Position numbers and translations under genes: made by a program. A DNA stretch of 64,000 nt, from contig CAVTET010000005.1 of assembly GCA_963733675.1 (NCBI GenBank), forward strand, positions 128,001-192,000, given 5' to 3'. Below are positions 56,899-64,000 of this stretch, piece after piece. Every line of letters begins with the position of its first letter. Position 1 is the stretch's first letter. Below the pieces are notes generated by a model. That model did no database searches. It was not told the DNA's origin and saw only the letters and a list, made by a program, of their open reading frames with translations. This DNA is from an uncultured Methanosarcinaceae archaeon. Lineage in GTDB: Archaea; Halobacteriota; Methanosarcinia; Methanosarcinales; Methanosarcinaceae.

Positions 56899-58346
56899 CC
56901 AGCTCCAGCTCCCTCAAAAAGATTCCGGCCGTGAATGTATCCCCAAGTCCTACAGTAGTTACCGGAAATTTAGAAAGCAGCGTAGGAAGCATGCAGAGAA
57001 TATACTCTCCCTTAAATGCATAAGCTCCTTTGTCAAAAGCCTGTCCTTTGAAGGCTTTAAGGAAAAGATCAAGTTGCTCTCTCCCAATAGTGCTTTCTCG
57101 AAGTTTTGAAGCTTCCTGTTCCACAAATTTCCTCCCTTCGAGCCTTCCTGAGTTTGCATATGCTCCTGCACAGCTTACTCCAAACATCAAGGTTTCAATT
57201 TTTTGTCTAACCATCTTTTGTAGACTTACACTTTCAAAATTTACCAATTTTCCTGGGACCTGAAAATTTACAAATCTTTCTGGGACATATTTTAAATTCA
57301 ATTCAGAATTCTTTTTAAATGCGGTCAACACAAATTCCCTTGTGTGGATTATAAGTTTTTTAAGCCCGTACTGCGAAGCCAACTCAAATGTCGCATTTCC
57401 CACAGCTTCTGCCTCCATGTGCAAAAGTTCCTTTTGGGGGACTCCGTGCAAATGACGGAGCATCGCAAGTTCATCTTCGTTCATTCCAATACCATCGCAA
57501 ATGGATGCAAACTCCAGAAAGACCGAATTTGCGATATCTTTGCTCGTGAAGTGTCCGAACTCAAGGGAAACCCGAAGTTTATAATTTAAGGCCTTCCAGC
57601 ATCTGATATTGCATAGAACATTTTCTAGAATCTTTTTGTAGCTGCTGCCATCAGAATAGGTCTCAAGGAGGAGATGGAAACCTGATATGAGTGCACCATC
57701 AATCTCGCAAGCGTGTTCAAGGGCGTATTTCTCAAATGCAGGATTTACAAAGAGCTTGAAGTTTAAATGGTCGTAGGTTGCTATGAAACGATTTTCCCTT
57801 GGAACTCTAATCTGTGTTCCATATAGGGGAAAAAGTATCCCCTTCTAAAAAATCAAACACAAAATGAATAGCATCTTGATTGCTGGATACAATTTCCATA
57901 TCCCCTTCTGATTCAGCCCCTGAACTGTTCTTTCTCTGCAGAGGAAAGTGGGGAAAATAAATTGATTTTTTTGAAAACAAAGAAAGTTGAATTTTTGAGG
58001 GTACAGCGACATTTGGAATTACCCTAGAAGCTCCTAGTTGAGAGAGGGTATTTGCCATTATTCCGGCGTTTCCACCCATTTTAAGAAGTGATTTTTCAAA
58101 ATAACGGGTTTTAAGAAATTCGAAAATAGCCTGTTCAAAAATGAGCCATTCACCTCCGTATCCATTTTTCATACAATAGACAAGACCAGCTATAAAATCC
58201 GATTTTGAAAATATTTTTCCAGGAGGTTTGTCTATTTTTTCAAGGATCTCAGTCATTTCGAAATTTTCCAGTAGTTCCGAAATTTCATCTCCACTTATCC
58301 TATATATAGAGTCTACGTTGACATTGTATCCACAAAGTATTTTCAT
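56885..58346 (-). CDS. ADP-dependent glucokinase/phosphofructokinase family, single frameshift at ~57826
   Basis: GYNVNVD, MGGNAGIMAN; after the shift the frame is open through RENRFIATYD...GMNEDEL...TVGLGD. Confidence 0.85.
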
Positions 58347-58408
58347 TTAATCAGTTCCATTTTAATTTCCACAAAATGAATAGCTCACATCTTAAACAGA
58401 TCGAATAT

Positions 58409-59878
58409 TTATGATCTTTTTTGCTTTATTTTTGCAAGCATGGCAGCAAAAGCTCCTGCCGAAATTGCATCTCCGATTCCTACTGTCGCCTTCGGCTTGT
58501 TAACGACCTTGGTGGGGATAATGACAGCATCATGTTCTGGCCCGTAGATATAGCCATACTCAAATTCTTCCAGAGTGCAGAGCTTTCGGCCCATGCAATA
58601 AAGTTTGAAGTTATCTAAACTTTCGATTCCGTCACTTGAAATCGGAACCTCCAATCCAACTTCTGCCTCCATAAAGTTTCCAATATCTCCCCTGACGGCC
58701 TTCGCAGCTGCCAAGATTGAGGAAAAGAGAAGAACGTCCCTATGTTCTTTAAGTGTAAGAGGGTGCCCTTTCACTAATATGCAGATATAAAAACCAAGAG
58801 AATGTACATGTACTCTTTCAAGCGATAGATCCTTTAAAAGTTGGAGAGCGCCCTGGTAAAGAGATGTTATCCCGTATTCCTCTTTCATGATAACTAAATA
58901 AGATAGTTCTTCATGGCCAAGCACATTCAAAGCATTTGCTACCTCAACAGTATCAAGGCCAAGGGAATGAACATGTTTGGCAATAATCTCTGTCAGAATA
59001 GCCTTCCTTATTACCCTATTCTGGATAGATGTGAGTTCTACATGGATACGGAGTTCGGGGTTTAAGGATTTCAATTTCTCAATAACCTGCACAGAACTTG
59101 CAACATGATCTTCATATGTGGATCCATCCTCATATTCCTCCTCTATCATCTGATAACCTGAAAGCATTGCCCCATCAATCGGGAAAATGGAATTCAGTTG
59201 TTCGTATACTTCTTTGTCTACATCAAGGCGGAGCCATTTGGGGCGGGAAGAAATTATTAAGCGGTTATCTCTAGGCACCGTGAAGTTTCTTCCATCACAG
59301 CTTACTTTAAGATTCTTGGAGTACTCAAGGATCCAGTTGACTTTTGACCCAATGTTGGGTTTGAAAGCTTCTCTCGGATGCTTTAAAAATACTTTTCCAT
59401 TTTCGATCTTCGGATGAAATAGATTGGCAGCATCTACAAAGTATTCTGCTTGCTCTTGAGAAAGCCAGGGAATATATGCCACCACTTTTTTCAGCTCCAA
59501 GGAAGAAAGAAGATTTGAAATGATCCCGGCTTGGCCACCCATCCGTGCATAGTCAAAACCCAGATGATCCTTCAACCATTCATGGATATCTGAGTTATGA
59601 GTCGGGATTTCGGCAGCTTTCCCTTCTCGCATGGAAATGAACAAGCGTGCGATGAAATCTAGAGGGTCTTTTATTTCCCTAGGATATGTTTCAATCCTTT
59701 CAATAATTTCAGTATCTTTAAAAAGTCCGATCAGCTTGGAAAGATCTGCTTCAGTAAGGTGTTTGATAGCGTCGATATTGCTATTGTAAGCTACCAACAT
59801 CCCGTCCAGATAAGGAATTGTTTCTTTGACGTTATAAAAGGCTTCTATGTGACGCTGTTCCCATTCTTGTACATCCAC
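58409..59878 (-). CDS. pfkC: ADP-specific phosphofructokinase
   Basis: AYNSNIDAI, RMGGQAGI, NRLIISSR, TVGIGDAISAG. Confidence 0.88.
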   Translation of the reverse strand: MDVQEWEQRHIEAFYNVKETIPYLDGMLVAYNSNIDAIKHLTEADLSKLIGLFKDTEIIERIETYPREIKDPLDFIARLFISMREGKAAEIPTHNSDIHEWLKDHLGFDYARMGGQAGIISNLLSSLELKKVVAYIPWLSQEQAEYFVDAANLFHPKIENGKVFLKHPREAFKPNIGSKVNWILEYSKNLKVSCDGRNFTVPRDNRLIISSRPKWLRLDVDKEVYEQLNSIFPIDGAMLSGYQMIEEEYEDGSTYEDHVASSVQVIEKLKSLNPELRIHVELTSIQNRVIRKAILTEIIAKHVHSLGLDTVEVANALNVLGHEELSYLVIMKEEYGITSLYQGALQLLKDLSLERVHVHSLGFYICILVKGHPLTLKEHRDVLLFSSILAAAKAVRGDIGNFMEAEVGLEVPISSDGIESLDNFKLYCMGRKLCTLEEFEYGYIYGPEHDAVIIPTKVVNKPKATVGIGDAISAGAFAAMLAKIKQKRS

Positions 59879-60019
59879 TTAGTAAACCACCTTGAAATAC
59901 ATGTTCTAATCAAAAAATAATGACTATGAATTAGGTGCAAGCCTTATTTTTATTTTTTCGAGTTCATTTTTCTTGATTCATCTTGATTATATTTGGTATG
60001 AAAGTACATGAGATTATCT

Positions 60020-60760
60020 TCCTCAAATACTCCTCCATTTCTTTTTTTCTATAATTCTGTGGGGCTATTCAATTATTTTGCTATGTTCCACAAACGAAAG
60101 CTATCCAGTTTTAAAAATGTTTTTTGAATTTTTCTCTCTTCTTTATACTCTGTTTCATCTTTTTACATCCCACAGTTTGTAATAAAATTCCATATTTTTG
60201 TGATAATTTTCCTTGATAGAATAATAATTGCCTTTGCGTCTGCAATTGATTTCCTATTCTGGTTAAAAAATTCTCTTAAATTGCTTTTTTTTCTTGCTGC
60301 TGTTGACAATCTATATTAAAATCCACTTTGCCACCTTTGATCCTCTTTTTGTGATGCCAGGATTGTAAAATTTATCAGCTAATTGGATACATTTGGAACA
60401 ATTCAAATTCATGAAAAAAGCTGATCTATTAAAGGAAAATTCTTAAATTTGCCTATTTCAGCAATTAGAGTTGTTAAATCGCTTTCCACTACTTAAAAAC
60501 TATATTAATATTTTCATCTAGCTTTGTGTTTCTCATAAGTACAGTTAACAATTTTTCTCTACAAAGTTTTGGTTTCATCGGCAAGATGTTTTATATGATT
60601 CAGACATTTCTGATGTCTGGAGACAGCACTTTAAGATAGTCCTTTGTCAAAATTCTCTTTTAACAGAATAATTTTATTTAAACATTTGACGAAAGATTTT
60701 TATATTATTCAATCGACCGCCTTGCCTAATTAAATTTCTGGTAGAATTGATACAATGTTT
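60020..60760 (-). mobile_element. Degraded IS110-family transposase remnant
   Basis: TTLIAEIGKFKNF, IVPNV, ITKRGSKVAKWIL, AKAIIILSRKI fragments with many stops. Confidence 0.7.
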
Positions 60761-61051
60761 TTGCCAAAAAATATGTCAAGACTTCAGTTATATGTAAAAT
60801 TTAAGAAGGCAGATTAGCGTGAGCTTCATTTTTTAAATTTGTTTTTTGTACAAGTTTGTGGTGAAACCGAACATAAGACCAAAATTTGGATTAACCGACT
60901 TCCCAATATAAAGATGGTTTTAATATCCAAAAGAAATACATATGTAGGTTACTTTCATTTATTTGAGCCTGTTATTCAAAGAATTTCATATTTAGTTTTA
61001 GATAACAAGTTTAATTATATTGTATTGATATTATACAGGCAGTGAATATTT

Positions 61052-62065
61052 ATGATCAAGGCTGGAATAATAGGAGCTTCAGGATATACAGGAGGAGAAC
61101 TCCTGCGCTTGCTAGTGAATCATCCCAATGTTAAGGTAGAACTGGCAACTTCTAGAAGTCTTGAAGGAAAGTCCATAACAAGCATTCACAGGCATCTTGA
61201 AGGTTTTATGGACCTCATATATGAAAATCCGAATTCTGAAGATATCAGGGAGCGCTGTGACGTTGTTTTTTTAGCAGTACCGCATGGATCTGCAATGAGC
61301 TATGTCCCTGAGCTGCTTGATGGTGCCACAAAGGTTGTCGATCTTAGCGCGGACTATAGACTTGAAACTTCAGTCTTTGAAAAGATTTATGAAATTACAC
61401 ACTGTGATCCGAGGACAGCAGTATATGGACTTGTAGAGCTTCATGCTGAAGCTGCAGAAGAGGATCTTGTGGCAAACCCTGGGTGTTTCCCTACAGGAGC
61501 AATACTTGCTGCAGCTCCACTAGCTGCAGCAGAGCTTATTGATATTGCAGTCTTTGATTCTAAAACAGGGATTTCAGGAGCTGGAATCTCGCCGACAGAG
61601 GTCTCTCACTACCCTAACCTTGCGGAAAATATCACTGCTTATAAGCTCACAACCCACAGACACAGGGCTGAAATACTTCAGGAACTAAACAGGCTGGACC
61701 AAAAACTTCTAAATATCAATTTTACTCCACATGTGATTCCTTCTATTAGGGGCATCTTTACCACTGCTCACTTCTTCACAAATGAGCTTCTTACAACAGA
61801 CGACTTAAGGACGATTTATGAAGGATTTTATAGGGATAAACCTTTTATTAGGTTTCCCTCTGGAGTTCCCTCCCTTACCGCGGTACGGGGTTCTAATTTC
61901 TGCGATATAGGCTTTGAAGTTGATAAGGAGAACAACAGGGTTATAGTGCTATCAGCAATCGATAACCTGGTCAAAGGTGCATCAGGACAGGCAATTCAGA
62001 ACATGAATATAATGTTCGGGCTGGACGAAACGCGTGGACTCTGGTTGCCTGCGGCTGCTCCGTAG
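61052..62065 (+). CDS. argC: N-acetyl-gamma-glutamyl-phosphate reductase
   Basis: GASGYTGGEL, DLSADYR, ANPGCFPT, DNLVKGASGQA. Confidence 0.95.
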   Translation: MIKAGIIGASGYTGGELLRLLVNHPNVKVELATSRSLEGKSITSIHRHLEGFMDLIYENPNSEDIRERCDVVFLAVPHGSAMSYVPELLDGATKVVDLSADYRLETSVFEKIYEITHCDPRTAVYGLVELHAEAAEEDLVANPGCFPTGAILAAAPLAAAELIDIAVFDSKTGISGAGISPTEVSHYPNLAENITAYKLTTHRHRAEILQELNRLDQKLLNINFTPHVIPSIRGIFTTAHFFTNELLTTDDLRTIYEGFYRDKPFIRFPSGVPSLTAVRGSNFCDIGFEVDKENNRVIVLSAIDNLVKGASGQAIQNMNIMFGLDETRGLWLPAAAP

Positions 62066-62408
62066 GCACTTGATCTAAAACTGGTTAAGGTGCGAGTTGC
62101 TGAAAACTATGAGCATAATAATCTTTTAAGAAAATTTTTATAAACCACTAGATTTTCTCATATGTTTATAAATTGTATCTATGACTCTTGAAATTAGAGA
62201 TTCATCAAAATTCTCTTCAGTCCTGCAAAAAATCAGGGGTGTTCTTTTTTATATTTGACCACTAACAAACCCATTTAGCTGAAAATCCAAAATCTTACTT
62301 TTTCATATACTAGTATAAAGAAAAAACCTACAAGCTGAAAGGCAGGCGAGAACATATAACTGGTAACTGACTAAAGTAAGGAATAGAATTTGTCTAAGAG
62401 GTATTTGG

Positions 62409-62873
62409 ATGAAGGTAAAAGATATCATGAATCCCAACGTTGTCTTCTGTAAGCCCGACAATACAGTCCGAGAAACTGCAAAAATCTTGAGAGAAAACAA
62501 CATCAGTGGAGCTCCGGTCCTAGAAAACAATGAGCTTGTAGGGATCATAAGTGAGGGCGACCTGCTTAAACTGCTGATAATCCCCGAAAAAGGAGGGCTA
62601 TGGCTTCCCAGTCCTTTTGAAGTTATAGAGGTTCCTATCAGGGAACTTCTTAGTTGGGATGATACTAAAAAAATGCTTTCAGACGTTGGTTCGATAAGGA
62701 TAGAAGAGATCATGACTAAGAATGTGCACACGATCTCTCCAGAGGCATCATTGGAAGAAGCTTCCGAACATATGGTCAGGCACAAAATTAAAAGGTTGCC
62801 TATAACTGTGAATAATCACGTGGTAGGAATTATTACCCGCGGAGATATCATTGAAGGTCTTGCAAAACTCTGA
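62409..62873 (+). CDS. CBS domain protein
   Basis: Two CBS repeats (ISGAPV...GIISEGD; IKRLPI...GIITRGD). Confidence 0.9.
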   Translation: MKVKDIMNPNVVFCKPDNTVRETAKILRENNISGAPVLENNELVGIISEGDLLKLLIIPEKGGLWLPSPFEVIEVPIRELLSWDDTKKMLSDVGSIRIEEIMTKNVHTISPEASLEEASEHMVRHKIKRLPITVNNHVVGIITRGDIIEGLAKL

Positions 62874-62892
62874 TAGATAGGGAGAATTTTTC

Positions 62893-64000
62893 ATGAAGCA
62901 AATAGAAGGTGGAATATGCGCTGTACGGGGGGTATCTGCAAACGGGGTCAAAGCCGGGAAAACTGGAATTATGGTTATTCTTGCGGAAGGCCCTGCAGCA
63001 GGTGTCTTTACAAAAAATAAAGTGGTTGCAGCCCCAGTTATTCTGAGTAAAAGAGTAATTGATACCAAGCATTGGCTTTCGGCTGTTATTGCAAATAGTG
63101 GCAATGCCAATGCCTTTACAGGTGATGACGGCTTCCTTGATGCCATGGAAATGGCATCGATGCTTGCCGAAAATCTTGACGTTGATGCTGATACAGTTGC
63201 TGTTGCCTCAACAGGAATAATTGGCAGAAGACTTGATGTCTCAGAAATCAGAAAAAATCTTCGAAAGGCAATTAAAGGACTTGGCAATTCTCCTGAATGT
63301 AGTAAGGCAGCTGCAAAGGCAATCATGACAACTGATAGAGCTATAAAAGAGTCCGCTATTGAGCTCGACTGTGGAATAAGAATAGGTGCAATTGCTAAAG
63401 GTTCAGGAATGATCGAGCCAAATATGGGAACCATGCTGTGTTTTGCTTATACAGATGCAAAAGTACCTGCAGATGTTCTGGATGCGGCTCTCAAAATAGC
63501 CGTACAAAAAACTTTCAATATGGTTGTGGTAGATGGAGATACAAGCACTAATGATATGGTACTTTTTACCTCTACTTGTAAGTCAGGAATCAAGCCCTCC
63601 ATGAGTTGCCTCGATGATTTTCAGGAAAGTCTAATTTATTTATTTACTGATCTTGCAAAAAAGATAGCAATGGATGGAGAGGGCGCCACGAAACTTATTG
63701 AAGCTAGGGTTGTGGGAGCAAAAAAATATGAAGATGCCAGGCTTGCTGCAAAAGCAATTGTTCGTTCCCCCTGGTCAAGTCCGCAGTCTTTGGAAAGGAT
63801 CCTAACTGGGGCAGGATTGTCGCTGCTGCAGGTTACTCAGGTGCTGAACTTGAGCAGGAAAGGCTATCTCTTTCTTTCTCAGGAGGAGAAGAAAAGATCG
63901 AGATTGTCAAATTTGGCGAGATTTTCGAGCCTTCTGACCTAACACTTCTGAAGAGAATAATGGGAAATGATGAAATCGTCATTACTCTTAATCTGAATGC
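62893..64000 (+). CDS. argJ: Ornithine acetyltransferase, partial; apparent -1 frameshift in the C-run at 63767-63771
   Basis: NSGNANA, IMTTD, KGSGMIEPNMGTML, DGEGATK. The shifted frame continues LVKSAVFGKDPNWGRI. Confidence 0.92.

Noticed and set aside
6828-62065. General TAG-to-pyrrolysine recoding suggested by in-frame ambers at 7245 and 34645
   Set aside because: Both genes carry other lesions (a TAA or a frameshift), and both ambers sit where Gln is expected (CAG to TAG). argC ends in TAG at its expected C-terminus, and most premature stops here are TAA or TGA.

Overview
AT-rich archaeal chromosome segment, clearly Methanosarcina-like. The evidence is the cobD-cbiB-cobZ-cobS-cobY cobamide cluster, cofE, homoaconitase, paired ADP-dependent kinases, secFD, a GlnK1-type P-II and argC/argJ. 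Roughly 1-26.7 kb is an eroding accessory region. It holds three IS6 copies, an IS5, a metal/Fe-S cluster operon between inverted IS6s, a nadE-trmB-glnK-'amtB module with a 181-bp inverted duplication, a histidine-kinase-less KdpD near a Hanks Ser/Thr kinase, and many pseudogenes. The region from 26.8 to 64 kb is mostly intact housekeeping genes plus tRNA-Ala(GGC) and tRNA-Ile(GAT). These are interleaved with decayed IS5/IS110 elements, hsdM and surface-protein remnants, a 445-bp inverted repeat, and a ~150-bp hairpin/MITE family upstream of housekeeping genes. I saw no CRISPR array or rRNA. All family calls come from manual motif recognition, not database searches.
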